Shown: in pieces, positions 30,067 to 44,405 of the stretch
How positions within the stretch are numbered: the stretch's first letter is position 1
How the letters are laid out: each line of letters begins with the position of its first letter
Assembly (NCBI GenBank): GCA_965285935.1
Contig: OZ260664.1
Span: 14,570,001 to 14,634,000, forward strand
DNA: 64,000 bases
Direction of reading: 5' to 3'
Source: Ophelia neglecta
Taxonomy: Eukaryota
Notes under the pieces: model-generated
What the model was told of the DNA's origin: nothing
The model's input: only the letters and a program-made list of their open reading frames with translations
The model's database searches: none
Translations under genes and position numbers: made by a program

Positions 30067-30995
30067 ACGATTGATTGATATTGCATACTATAATAGAATA
30101 TTGTTAATAGCCATAGTGAGCATTCATGGGAAAATCATCTTACGACGGCGAGGGATAATCTACCTTGACTCTTGGTGTCTCGATAAAAGCTTCTGTCATT
30201 CTACGGTAATTATCCTGGCTTGTGCAGTCACATTGCTTTTGTGCAATACATTCGGCAAACATGTTATGGCTAGACTTTGGAACAAAGATAATGTAATATT
30301 CTATCCTTCTTTTTGAAAGGTATTTTATTGTACGGCAAATACCCATCACGACTCACTACATAAAAGTTGAAGTTTACGGTTTTACTTTTATCTTTGGCGT
30401 CTTTTGTATCATTTTGTTCTGTCAGAAATGGAAGGTTCGGTTTGATCTTGACTCGCTTGTGATGATGGAACCCTTACATGACTCCAGTACCAATGCCAAA
30501 CAAAAAAATGCCGCATATAGTCCATGGATCATCTATATTAGATTCCATTTACAACATACGATATAACAGTCAACCCACTTGGAATAACTCATTTCTTCTC
30601 AAAAATGAATCTCTACAACAATCAATATGAAATGATTATCGGAAGGAATACCTCAAGTGTGGTATTTTATGGGTGCATTGAAAGCCTGACACTGAGCGCT
30701 GTCAATATGTATAAGACTCGCTTGGTTACTATACCTATTACAGTATCTCCTCTTAACAGCAGGGAATATTAAGTTATTTATCCAGTTTTTCCTAAAATTG
30801 GTCTCTGCGTGAGAAGGCAAATGACAATGGCATTATATAGATGGCACGATTATGGACTGAGCAAGCACTCGTAGTTTAAGATACTGAAAGCCTTTCACCT
30901 TTCAGGAATACGGATAAAAGTGGCTTCAGTTAATAATGTCCATACAAAAATGGAACGCTTTTTCTTTTACAGGAACCTAAATTGTCAGAAGATCT

Positions 30996-33400
30996 GATTG
31001 ATTAATTTGTTTATTTTCCTTGACTTAACAAGAGCGAAATACAGTTAATTTAACATTTGTACAAATAATCAGATACGGCTACATAAGATAAGATTTTTAA
31101 GTAGCATACGAATATGCAAACATTGCCCTACAGTAAGGGCCGAAGGAAGTTGCAACTAGCGTTATAAAGCTAGTAGCCTCAGCTTCGTCGAGCTGTATAC
31201 CTATACGACTTCCAAGAAATGTCACCACCAAGTCGTTATTGTCCATATTCAAGAGGGTGAGATAATGGTTTACATTCACTTCCCCACACAAAGATTCCCA
31301 AAACTCGTCCCGTACGTCAATTAAGACCGCACAGCCTCCTTCACAAAACAAATGAGTGAATGGACACTCAACCACTGATTCACACAGGACACAAACGACA
31401 TTGACGCACGAGTTACAAACAAAAATAGAGACACAATATTAATAACATAATTCTGTATATCGTAATTTAGCTTAGCGAAAACATACAATGGCAAAGCACC
31501 CAACTCGGTACCAAACGCATAGTTGTATAGATGACAACCTGACTTCATGCTCATGCCATGACTCCACCTTTTAGTCTCCACTTGTCGTACAGCTTTCTTT
31601 GCACTACCTTTCCATACAGTTTTGACGGGGAAAGTCCCGGCCTGCCTGTAAACATCCAAATACTCAGATAACTCATACTTATCACATATACGTACAATGT
31701 CGGGAATAAAACCTTTTACCTCACTGCCGTCTTGCAGGCGATATGTAAAAGAACATAATCTAAGCTCGAATACATCTTTCGCTAAGTGATTATCAGACAT
31801 ATTACACATTTTACACAAAAACATGAGCTTTTTAGAGTCAATGATACTCTAAAGTGTGGGCCAACCGAGTAAGCATCGCACGAGCTCGTCGTGCATCCTT
31901 ACGGGAAATGCTTGTATGCCCCTGGCAACAAATCTCTGGGTACGCTCCAGTTCGGCTATTTCTTTTACCGATAAAGAATTCCACAACTCAGCCCCATATA
32001 GAAAGGACGATATGCAGATTTTATCCCAAAACTGGCCGGGATAAGTGGATTTAAACAAGTGGGTTTGACGCCTACTGCTGCCATCCCAGAAATCTGCTGC
32101 CGAGCTTTGCGGCAAGCCGCCGTTGTGCGAGTAGTTGAGGATAAATACGCGCAGAGGACCACCCCGACATGAGTCTCCAGTACACTTTCTTCAAGTTTAT
32201 TTGAGTACAAGAACCACTCGCGCTTATTACTGTGACGCATATTAACAAACCTTGATTCACCAAAAACTACAACATTGCTCTTAGAGGTGGAGAATCGCAG
32301 CCTCCACATTCTCGAGTACATAGCCGCTGCGTCGAGCATGCGCTGTAGACCAGCGACCGTGGGCGACACAAGGGCCGTGTCATCAGCCAACGTGGGAGAA
32401 CCAAGGTCGACCCCTTCGATGACAAGGCCCTCGTGAGTGTTAACAACAAAATCATGGATATCCATATATGACCATGTATACAAGGACATAGATAACATGC
32501 CACCTTGCTTAATGCTGCGTGAGATTAGAAAACTATCAGATATACTTCCATTCACAAAACCCGACATACATGATCCTAGCAGCATTTGTCTAAATAGATA
32601 CCAAAGCCTGCCAGAAATGCCCAGTTGATGAAGCTTGTAAAACAACCCATCCCACCACACTCTTTCAAAAGCTTTCTCAGAGTCCAGGAATGCAACGTAG
32701 AGATTGCTGCTGCGTTCCAAAAAATGGTTACCTGCTTTCTGAACAGAGAAGCAGGCTGTTCGACTCACGCTTCGAGTGTTGAAGCTTCCCAGGGAAACCT
32801 ATATCAGAGAAAAAAAAACCTATTCGAAATTATTCTCTCGAACAGTTTATTCACACAAGGCATCAGTGTGATACCCCTGTATGAATTTTTGTCGGTTTTC
32901 TTTTTTCCTTTGCCCTTAAAGAGCGGTATAATTAGTCCCAACTTGAAAATGGAAGGAATATGAATATACATAGTCATAGCATTAAACAACAGACATAAGT
33001 GCCTTTTACAAAGCCGAGTAGAATGTTTTAAATGCTCATAGGACACCTCATCCCACCCTGCCGCCTTACCGTTTGGGAGATTCTTTAAGGTAGCATCTAG
33101 CTACGCCAAACTAATCGGCTCGGCAATAATACCAACATCATCCACATCAGCTGACTGAGATTTCACAAGGTCAGCTACCTTCGCCGCAATATCTCGTTTA
33201 AAGTCCTCATCATAGTAATTTATTTCACATGTTTGCTTATTGAGCAAGGCAGTAAAATGCTTGGTCCAGAAAGTTTCTAGTTCAGCTGGTGTTCTGTATG
33301 AACATGAACCGTCTTCGATGACATGTAAGGATTCACCTATTTTCCTATTGCGTCGCACATAACGCCAGAAGGACCGCAAGTCAAAATCATACTGGCGCTA
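30996..33400 (-). mobile_element. 5'-truncated, frameshifted non-LTR retrotransposon (LINE) ORF2: reverse transcriptase plus C-terminal region; clade uncertain (RTE-X or L2/CR1-like)
   Basis: Consecutive minus-strand ORFs 33101-33379, 32804-33046, 31965-32768, 31321-31824 and 31097-31375 carry RT motifs YRGITL, FLDSEKAFERVWWDGLFYKL, IKQGGMLS and LADDT. The 3' end reads AATAAAcaaattaatcaatc on the minus strand. Confidence 0.93.
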
Positions 33401-36400
33401 ATAAATTAATCAGTTAATAAGGTCCATACAAAAATGGAATGCTTTTTCTTTTACAGGAACCTAAATTGTCAGATCTGTAAATGTTATTCTTTTGTTTTGA
33501 AATATAGGTTCTTTGGATAAATATACATTTAATTGCGGCTGTCCATATGTGTTACATTTGGATAGTACGCGAGTAACATTGCCCTAAAAAAACACTGACT
33601 GACTGTGGAAACGCAAACCAGTCGTTTGGTCGGCGTTTCTTGCATTTAAAATGCAATCTCTTTCGGTAAATAAAAAAAATGGAAAAGCCTCTTTTCACAA
33701 ACTATATCATTTAGATGGCACGACGTCAAGTGCTCAAATATCGCTATTGACTGAGCACGCACTCGCATTTTAAGATACTGAAAGCATTTCACCGCATAGA
33801 AATCTGGAGCATTAGGTAACCAACTCAATATGTTTTTTCTCAATGGTTGTCAGCAATTCCCAGGCAACCCCCCCCCCCCTTCTCTCTATCAGCAAATTGA
33901 TTTTAGATATGAATATCAGCAAATCTGTCTAGTGATGTTTCAATCTGAGGGTTCTCTCTCTCAATGACACTCATTTCCCCTGCCTACGAGGTACACAAGA
34001 TACGACAAGTGGCCGTACCATGTGTAGATCTTAGACTGTCCTGAGGCCAGGTGACGGGTTCAGACGAGTGCCCGAGATATTCCCGTCTACCCACATAAAA
34101 TTTAATGATGCCTAGGAACTCTCGCCTCTTACATGAATATGAAATGAGAAAGAGAGAGAACCCGTCTTAGTAACATAAAAAAAGAGAGCCAGCGAAAGCT
34201 CGGCTGCTAAGATAAATATATATGGGACTTAACGTGATAATGTGGGCCAGACTTCCCAGAGGCTTCCCATTGAAAGTTATATTATTTTATTCAAACAATT
34301 ATTGCCATCCATTTTCAGAAATGAAATTCAAACCACCCTGTTAGCTCTTATTCAATTAGAGCACGAGTTAGTTACTACAACACGTTTTATATATAACACA
34401 TTCCTAAAGAAAGTGAGGCATTGTAACCATTTACCGTTATCCTTAAGTCTGCATATGGGTTATTCTACCTTGTCTACTTCAGATCAAATGAATTAACTGT
34501 ATTCCCTCTTTGAGGGCACCTGTTTATGCGGAGGAAAACTGCTACAGAGATAAAAGGCACAACTCGCCATTTTGTAGTCTTATGACATTCAGTCACTTCA
34601 TAAAATGAACAACCTAAAGTAAACAAACGTAAAAAAGGAGAGCATAGCTATTTCTTAAATCTGTAGGCTTTTGTCCAACACCTACACTTGCAAAGCGGCT
34701 CTCCGCGAAAGCTTTTTCCCCCTTCTGTCAAAATGTAATTTGCAATCCGATTGCAAGAATTTGGATTGTCATGGAGCAAAACCTGCATTACCAAAGCTAG
34801 GAGGAAAATCTTAATGTCGCACAGCGATCCTCGCAAGCGTTCTTTTCCATTTGGGGCTGAACGAATATTTTTTTCCTTCTTCTGATAACCTGGTCTGCAT
34901 TGCTCTGTCGCGTGGATACGAGCTAAACAGTGTAGCACTTGCTTTCTCCATTACATGCTGGTAAAACTAACAACAGTTTGTAAGCCCGTGAACTAAAGGT
35001 TGGTCACTCATTTCCCTTCTCTCAAGTCGTTGCGCTAGGGACATTTAAAACTGCCTCATGTCTATAACACCAGCAGGTTCATTCAGACACGTTAAGTTTT
35101 CATTGCCTTACCATTTTGTTTATAATAAGAAATAGTCAATTCAATTATTCAATAGGAGGTAGGTGAATTGAACACGTCTAAGCCTCTTTCATGTTTATTT
35201 ATTATATAATGAGGTACCGCTAAGCTTTCTTATTGTTAGCGAGTAAATGTGCTACAGTTGACGTTTGCATGCAAACATGGAAGTGAGATTATCGCGCTTA
35301 AGTTTCCAGCAATTTGTCTTTATTTAAAAGATTATAATCAGCTAATTAATTTTGGCCTACTGTTATTTTTCTGCCCTATTTGAAAACCAAGCTACTCAAA
35401 AGTACTTCCGATTTTTATTTCTCTAGTCAGCCCGCCAAAGTCAATAAAGAATTGCGAATGGCAACGCAGGTTAGACAAAGCCATTCCGGGTGTATGGGTG
35501 GGTAGCAGTAGGCGCATGTCTCTAATTATTTAGGAACGCCATGGCTAATGACATATACTGCGCCGACGTCGGTGATGTAAGTTAGCAGAATTATGAGTAT
35601 AGTCACGGTTCTGATGTATCAAATGATACCCAACTTAAATCGCTATTCAAAAAGCATTAACTCATCTGCAAAGCAATCGTTAGACAACCATAATCCTCGA
35701 TCTGTACAACGATATATAATTATACATGGAAGTCTTCACGTTTAGCATCTTTACTTAGAAATGTGACATAGCTTTTTTGAGTACCTGGGCATAAAACACA
35801 CGAGGGGGACAAGAGAAAAGCCTTGATCCAGTAAAACTAGTTAATCAGTGCAAACTCATGGAGTACCGTCACTTACCGGCCCCCGGATTCCAGTTTTTCC
35901 GTTTCTCCACATGTTCAGGTTTTACACTTAAATTAAGTCATACAAAGCAATGAAACCTTATATCATAAAATTTTTCATCAACATTTCTAGCCGTAATTTT
36001 TTTCCCCGAGTTGAATTGAGTTGTGTCCTGTCGACAATAATATACTTCCAAATCTATCTCTTGGTGCCAACAGCTTGTGAACTGCGTGTGCATTGTATCC
36101 GAACATTCTATTGATTAAATGCATCCTAGCCAATAAGAGCACACACCGCAATGTTAATCAGCCTTTGGCATTTTAGAAATAAGGTTGGTCTAACCCTTGT
36201 CGACCTTCACTTGGATGATAGGCATCCTGTAAGGAAACTAATTGAAATTTAGGTACATTGAGGCAAAAAAAAAAGGTCTGTTGATGGCGGTTAAAGCAAC
36301 CGAGGATTAGGCAGTTGTTCGAAAGGGACTCTTGTAGATCGGTTTATGGATTGACTTGTTACCATTGGGCATGTTTTAAGAAACTCAGCGTGGCCATGTA

Positions 36401-37377
36401 GCGTCTTGGAACATCTTTATATGCCGCCAGGCGGATACTGTCAGTCTACCTGTTCTTCACTGCCTTTAACCACGCTTCCGGTTTCTGTAGTTTTGCTACA
36501 TTTCAAATAAGATGTTAACGAATTAAGGTGAATAAAAATAAAAGCTCATGGCACTTGAATGAAAAAAAAAGTAGAAAAGCATATACCTGGTGTAAATAAA
36601 AAAAGGAAGTCAGCGTACAGCCTTGGATAAGATGGCGCAAATGGTAATGATGTACACGGGCACTGTGCAGTATTATAACGAAATGCCTTTTATTCGTACA
36701 AACTATGCAAACATAGCAATGTAACACTCCACTATACACACTGTTAACAAAACACTGCAAACTGCCCTAGTCCTTCAACTGTTTAAAGTTGACATTTAAA
36801 GTTGAAATTCCCAAATTCATTGCTATTTCATTGGAAACATGTGATTAGTTTTGCAAGTTGGCATTCTTTTATATACTATTCTGTCGTGTTGACCGAGTGT
36901 ATTTTTCTCCTGTACTGGCATTTTGACGTTTCAACTGTGCTGAATGAACTCTGTCCATGTCTCATGTTGTTACTACCCTCACTCTAGCATCATTAACAGA
37001 GTCAAACTAAATGTTTATGACTATGTCTTGTAACATAGAGAGGTGGATGTGTATATGAGATAGGCCATGATCAAGGAACATGCTTTGTGACAGTCGCTCG
37101 TGTAAGGTAGCAAATTGAGATAAAAACGACGGATTTGTTCGGAAAACGGACTTAAAAAGAAGTAAACCGACGCTCATGAACAAAGGTTGATACAATCTCG
37201 TCATATTTGATCTCAGGTATGGGATTATGAGAATGTTGCCAAGGTAATGATGCATTGCTATAGCGGAAATAGACTCACTAAGATCACTTAGCTTCCGGGC
37301 GGTGTGTTGCCTTATCCCGTGTTGTTGATCATTGAGGAACAACATGTATTGTTTCGCCGGAAATGATGTCTAAATGC

Positions 37378-37538
37378 AAATATCTTGTTGCAAAGATAAT
37401 CTTTCTAATGAGCTTGACATTTCTGCATGCGCATGGGCAACTAGAGATTTATGTAAGGTATTCATATGCTAATTTGTTTACAATGCATCCAAATCTCTTG
37501 TTGCAAAGATTATCTTTCTTATTACATTGACATTTCTG
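37378..37538 (+). repeat. Short direct duplication (~50 bp, ~113 bp apart)
   Basis: tcttgttgcaaagat.atctttct....ttgacatttctgc occurs twice. Confidence 0.75.
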
Positions 37539-39199
37539 CTACTTTGTTTGCAATACGCCCAATTCTAAATGTCCGTTAAGAGATTGGGCTACTTAGATAC
37601 GAAGAGATTTTATTTCTTGGGTAGTCATGCATTAACTGGAATTGAATAATGAAAATAACGCTTTTTTACTCCAGTTCAAAACATTGCAGTCCGGCGAAGG
37701 ATCAATAACGTGGATTGTGAAGTTTGTTTTTGAATGATATAATGGGATAAGTACTGACAGTATTTAAAATTACCCAGTTAGGATTCGTCTGTAACCGCTA
37801 TTTATCCATGAACAGTAACAGTACATGACAATATGTAAAGTTGCAATAAATAATCAATGCAGTTAAAGGAATAGGTGAAGTATGGCAACACTGGTCAAGA
37901 TGTAGGCGACAATTTAGGATGACCTCCTGTACGATGAATGTAGAATGAAAGATCTAGTTTTTATGTTAAAAAATTTATCAATTCTAATGCTGTGGATGTG
38001 AACCAATCATACTCTTAAAGTATGATAATGTACTTTAAAGCAGGTGTGCATGAGAAAACCGCTAGGATGGTGTACGATACGGCACTCAAAACCATGCCAG
38101 TATTACTGCTTAGATTATAGAGCATACCCGCGAACATTTCTTACGATGCTGACACGAACGATGGATCCCTTTATGAGGCAATCCTTGTTTTAATTAGAAT
38201 TAAAGACGATTCATTACATGTAAAAATGTCTAACTGAGATCCACCTTCCGCGCCCTCAGCAGTATAAAAACTGTTTTCGTGAAGAACTGTATCCTTATTA
38301 GTAGATCAATGGCTATAAAAATGTATGATTACAGTTATATTCTGTTTAAAGCCCGAATTATGGTTGTTGAGACTTCTAATTGTTCGATTGTTTAGAGCTA
38401 AGGTGTAGCTGTTTGGCAGAAATAGTCGTATACCCCAAGGGAAATATCGGTGAACAATAATTAGCTTAGTCTATTGCTTCCTCATGAACATCCTACTCGT
38501 TCCACGCCTTTTCATCAGACCGCCCTCTACTGATTTCTGCTTGCCTAGCGGCCACATCACTCCCGTAGATGAAAAATCAAATTACCAGATAAAACACCTG
38601 AGTGTACGTGGCTGGAGTCACTCATTTGGGGGTGAATTACATCATTTGACTATGACAGGAATGTGTATGAGCAGGCCTCGGGCTACACTTATATTTATTT
38701 TTTAACATGATTTTTAATAAAACGGTTATGAATACCCGGTACACCAAACAAAATAATAAACGTAAATTGGTACATTTCTCGGACAGCATTTAGCAGTCTC
38801 ACAATCATCTATCATATTAACTAAGCGGTTAATTTACAATATATCAGTAATTTCCGTGATGCGAGTCAAAGCACAAAGTATTTAAATTTACGCTCATCTT
38901 AGGACAAAGATAAAATATGTACTTGAATTACCCGTGTTTGTTTCTTATGGCAATTCTTAAAATTCGATGAGCGACCTATACTACAGATTCTGTGTAACGA
39001 GCACTCTGCTACTTGGCAGATTTGTTGCTTAGTGGGGACGCCCGATCAAAAAAGAATGAATCCTTCCGGTACGGCTGAAACTCAATTGTTTGCTGTAGAC
39101 AGGAATAAGAGAGCCGCGCGCTGAGCTGCCAGTAGTCTTAAGAATATCTCAGCACAGGCTCAACTTAAAAAGAACAAATTCGGTTTCTTATAGGTCAGT

Positions 39200-42100
39200 C
39201 GTGGACTAGAGTAGTAGATTGAAATTTTATTTTTGCAATTAATAACGAAACATTCTATTTCCTGAGATCCTGTGTGATTATTAAAGGTAGTTCGTGTATG
39301 GCTCTTACAGATCAAGATCTTCAGACATTCTGAAGATTGCCTAGGGAACTGCCCATTAGTCAAACACGGAATGCCAATCAATGGACTTTTCCCGAGTTGT
39401 TAATGTATTAATCACAGCAAGTCATAGTAACGACCTGCTGGGGAAAGCTAATGGCTTCCTTTTATTTAGCTTCATCATAGTATGTTACCTAAGTTATGTA
39501 GAACACAGCCAGAATATGTGATGTAGGAACTAGGGTTCTCAAAATGTGTGCCAGCGAAATTGCTGTCTTCAGAATTGGTAGCCTTCCATGGTGACAGCAT
39601 GCTTACGCCATTCTAAAAATATCCTTATATTGCCTGAACGAAACACTGAATCTAAATCTAATTGTGCCTCACCGATATTACAGTTTCGACTAGTTGAATG
39701 ATAGATGTATTTCCATCAGGTAATCCACAAGGCATTAAATCATTGTCAAGAGAATTAGAATAGTGTCTACATTGATCCTTATAATCTACATCAACGTCAA
39801 ACATGTTCTTCTTAAACCATACTTCTGTTATAATAACTCATTGCCTTAGCACTTTAACCCAGTACGTGGTATAATGTATTACTAAACATGAGTATGTCTT
39901 TGTTGCCCCGTCTCTTTCATTTCTACATAATATGTCAGAGCGGCATGTGCCATGGCTTGTTTAATACGCAGATACCTGAAAGTGCTGTGTTATATGCCTG
40001 TCTAATTCTAGAATGACTATAGCGCATACGCTGTCGAGCAGGGACATGATGTATGTGATTTATTGAGACCGGAGCTCAACCTTTAGACGAGACTTCACAT
40101 TGTGTCTCTCCTTTGTACCTGCTTTAGCTAATATTGATTGGTTTGACTCACATTGTCCCCTCATCTCATAGCTATAAAATGCCATGAGGTTTTCTTCGTG
40201 CATTTTACTAACGACCCATAAGATAAAATTGGGAAGTTCGGTTGTAAAAGGATTTCTCGATCCAAGGAAAAACCGTATTTAGGGTTTTGCGCCAAACCCG
40301 ACAACTGGTTATCCTACTATTGTTAATGTGCAATGTACGCGAAGGCTTGATATTTTTGTTTCTAATGAAGCTCATACGACTGTGGCTAGCTACCGCTTTG
40401 TTCATTTGCCAACCTCAATATTTGTATGGCATTTAGACAATACTAGCGATTGTGCCTTACTGACAAGCCATGGGTGTCATACTTTAACGTTTGGCTAATC
40501 TGATCAATACTATTGCCTGGCAAGTTGCATATATTATCCTCGATGTATCACCTTTTATGTTACATAGCAAATGACATGAACATAAATATCCAGTGTTATT
40601 AATTCACTTTTTTCATCGCCCCTCCTCCCTCTATCACTGATATTGTCATTTTTGTATTGTCCCTTTCTCTTATCTGCTATTAAAAATACACGTCTGATTG
40701 GCTAATTGCTCGTGACCCGTCCTTGCTGGTGTGGGGTTATCAATTTAAGGGGCCTATAGGCATCAATGCTTCCAAACCCTATTGTCTCTTCTTTATCTGT
40801 ACTATGTATATATATTTAATTAGTTCTAAATGTATGTATATATCTGAGATGCTGTGTGAAAAGCAGACGTTTTATGAACTTAACCATTACACCTTTATAT
40901 ATATACATACTTTAAAAAGCATGTGCTCTATTGTGTGGATAGTTATTTCATTAATTATATAATGTTATTATTTATATAGGGTTGTGTCAATCTTCTGTGC
41001 CTTGTTAATTTCCTATTCCACTTTAGGCAATGCCTCAATTGTTATAAATTCCATGTATAATTATTATGCCTATAACTTTGACTCTTTTCTGTCGCTGTTT
41101 ACTACATGAACTACATATAACGAATTATTATATCATCCAAGGACAATAAATACATTTTGCTATATTATGCAATTGTCAGGGCCATTCTGTAGACAGTAGC
41201 ATAATTAATATCCTATATAAGCTGATAGAGCGGCATATATTGTCATGTACTTGTCAAACAACCGTTGGCTCCACGCCAAGTCTTCTCTCTGAGCATGCTT
41301 GCAAAGTTTCGACATGTTAATCAATTATTCGGACTTGGCCTACCCTAGCATAGAATTTTCAGAGTATCCAAAAACAGAACATGTGGGCCCATTTCCGCTT
41401 ACCATGGCATTTTTTTTCTGTTTTCAACATCCAAGGGCGCATTTGAGTAGTTACAAAAATACAAAACCTGTCACAACTGATTAAAAAAGAGATTCACGGC
41501 ATAAATGATCAATTCTTTCTCAGGTGTATTAAATATTGGTTTCAAAATATCGCAGTTTGCCGATGCTTGGTACTTTGGACTCTAATTGTTCATTAGCTGG
41601 CTTATCGTTAACAGGAATCGATTTCTAATTGTGATCATCCCTACTTCTTACAGTCTCCAACCTTGTTCATGTATGCATTTATCGCCTCCACTGCAGGCAC
41701 CTACTGTGGCCTCTCCGTGGAGTAGGCAATGACAAGCAGCAGCTGCTGCTCTGTGTGTTACCTCTCTGACACATGACCTTGACATTTTACAAACAATACG
41801 GTATACCGCAGAAAACACGAAAGTCTAAAGGTCTCATGTCAAGTTTAATAAATAGCCAGGTACTGTACAACTAACCTGGTGAAGTGTGGTTAATTGCCAT
41901 GTAGAGAGTGCTATTATCCCGAATCCAGACACCTGTTACCAAAAAAGAAGTCTCAACAAGCGAGCGCGCCATTGTATGTAGAAGACAAAATGCTCTTATA
42001 ATCCTCTTCGGCCCAATAAACGAATCTGATTTTCCCCCGCAATATCTATCATAGGATTATGCCAAGTGGTCGGAAAGTTATGTTGCAGTGCAGTAATGAT

Positions 42101-42720
42101 AATGGCAACAGGAATGAATATCAGAAAAAGACAACCATTTAGTGTATATTTATCGAGCAACACCTTCCAACATTTCTAGAGATTTAAGAAATTCTTACCT
42201 ATCACAAGTTCCACAAAAATGCAGGCAGAATGATAATAAAAAAAGAAAGCATGTGGAGGTGAAAACAAAAAATGCAACTCAGACTTCGTTTTATGGTGTT
42301 AATATAAGTTGTATTATTGGAAATGGAATTTTATTACATATTCAGCAAATACAAAGATGAGTACATATAGAGCAAACGCTGTGGTGGCATACCCACGACC
42401 TATGGGTATTGGGTGCTTTGATCAATATGTTTACTTATTAACGTGACTAGACTGTTCGTGGTCTGCCACCGACGTTGACACTGTATCCAGTTGGCACCGA
42501 TGATGCATTGCTGCTATGATCCTAATAAAAAAGTAATTTGCTATATTTGTTTGACATTCTTTCCTACACACAGTGATAAAGGGAGAGACAGATGCCATGT
42601 AATATGTATCCTAGATGATACCTGGTCTCATGTTCTCAGACTGTTTTATGATGCTGGATAGAGACGGCAGATTTGTATTGATATTGCAGCAAGGAAACCA
42701 CATTACTGTTAAAATGATTC
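39200..42720 (+). pseudogene. Decayed twin-TIR TLR-like pseudogene unit 3
   Basis: LRR-like AFHG, FLDPRKNRI (40253), YLSNNRW (41248); TM-like LFISWLIVNRNRF at ~41590; TIR1 MYAFIAS...LCV...DILQTIRYTAENTKV...NALIILFGPI (41665-42090); TIR2 DDALLL...IPGL...RFVLIL (42499-42720). Clear DNA paralogy with unit 4, including synonymous differences. Confidence 0.68.
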
Positions 42721-44159
42721 TCCATATATATATATATTTTCTCTCCTGTTCCTGATAAATTGTGGGATTTTATTTTTAATTTTGTTCATTTCGAATGTTA
42801 TTCATGGTTTTTATTAGGTGAGTTCCACTTAATTATTGATATTGCCATATATGGATTGCGTAAGAATATAGTGATAGGTTCACTCGTGATGAGCCTATGG
42901 GTTGCGTGGTTAAGGAACTTCATAAAAGACTTCCGGTTGGTTTCGTAGCACTTTGACAACTTGTTCTATCTAATAGGTCAATCGCTGGCACTTGACCTCA
43001 GCCTGTGAAACCCTCCACTGTCCTTCCATTTCATACCAGATAGTCTTTTAAACCTGTCTTGTGTACCTCCTAACCTCTCGTATATCTCTATCTCATGTTT
43101 CCTCACCCATATTACACTTTCATTTCGTTGAATGACAGGTTATTCTCAAGTGATCGACACGGCTTTATAATGTAGGCAAAGGCTTAATATAGGATAAGAG
43201 CTGTCTAAGAATAGTGTCTATGATATTCCTAAACATAGATGTCAAACACGTTCTACTTAAACCATTTTCCTGCTGTAATACTCTATATCGTCAACACTTG
43301 AATCCATTGCATGGAATATTGTATTCCTTAACACTAAATAACAAATTTATTTGATGCACTGAGGTTGTATGGTACATGTACATGTACGTGTAATCATATA
43401 TGTTGATTGACACGCTGAAATTGTCCGTACATGTAGATGCATTTAGCATCGATGAGTATACCAGTATTAGCTGTTTCTGCAAAGTATTTCAGAACGGCAC
43501 GTTCCACGGTAAATCGCTTCACCCCGAACTTTTTTTATGTGCTCTGGTATATATCTGACAACATCCTAATTGCAGGATGATGAAAACGAGCGACATGAAC
43601 TAGCAGACCTGGCCACAACCTTTAGGAGAGACTTCTTTTTGTGTCTCCTCTAGGTACCTGCTCGCGTTATTATTGATTGGTTTACTTGCGTTTTTCTTCT
43701 CCGCTCACGAGCGTGGACAATCGTTAGGTTTACTTCATACATACTGACAATATGGTAAAATCGGGAAGTACCGTTGTGCAATTTTTTTCCCAACCCAAGA
43801 AAAATATTGAAACAAATCTCTGAAAAACACATGTATCCACCCTTGCTAATGATTATTATGCTGAGGAATCAATGGAATTTGTGCCAGTGTTAATGTGCAT
43901 TCGAATGGATCTAATGAACTAAACGCAAACATATATAATTCTTTTAACCTTAAATGGCTATATTGTATTAAGTCATTCTTCTTTACATTTGTGTTTAGTC
44001 CTAAAATCAGAACCGAGTTATTTTCTAGCGGTTCTTTGTTCTTCAGTAAACAAAAGGTTGTTTCTCATGCAGAAATAACTAAACTTTGGATTATGTGCAC
44101 CCTTGTGATAAACGGTCCGAAAACACTCTCCCACTAAATTTGACTTTATTACAAATTCT

Positions 44160-44405
44160 GAAAAATACATGTCCTGAACATTTGCCCTAATCGGTAGGGT
44201 TCACGGACTTCTCGTGGTAGCCCGTATCAGTTTCGTGGTCAGGGCTTCACCCGGGCAGGGAAGGGTTTTGAGACCTCCTAGCACACCTAACATATTTGGA
44301 ATAAGTGCCACCATTGGGGCAGGGTAGGGTTATGAAGCCTCTGGGCTCAAACCCGTTCAGTTTATGGGTCCATGTCTCAACCGGATAGGGTAGGGTTTTG
44401 ACTCT
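44160..44405 (+). repeat. Degenerate ~65/130-bp periodic repeat with AGGGTAGGGTT motifs
   Basis: Motif near 44191, 44257, 44321 and 44387; 44221-44271 resembles 44352-44401. Confidence 0.65.

Larger units (their letters stand above)
30200..38620 (+). pseudogene. Decayed TLR-like pseudogene unit 2, interrupted by the LINE (may be two partial units)
   Basis: Signal-like VIILACAVTLLLCNTFG at ~30205; LRR-like 55-codon ORF 30605-30772 (MNLYNNQYEMI...FYGCIESLTL...RLVTIP); GYSTLSTSDQMN*LYSLFEGT at 34458; LSLGANS/NCVC..ID at ~36051; TIR-like VYDYVL...RIC...LIQSRH...VLLIIEE at 37010-37350; weak second TIR at ~38120-38600. Confidence 0.5.

Noticed and set aside
32267-32963. Alternative-frame and antisense ORFs overlapping the LINE
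   Set aside because: By-products of the GC-richer RT coding sequence.
44190-44405. CRISPR-like repeat/spacer periodicity
   Set aside because: Eukaryotic context, short degenerate repeats, spacers similar to each other, no cas genes.
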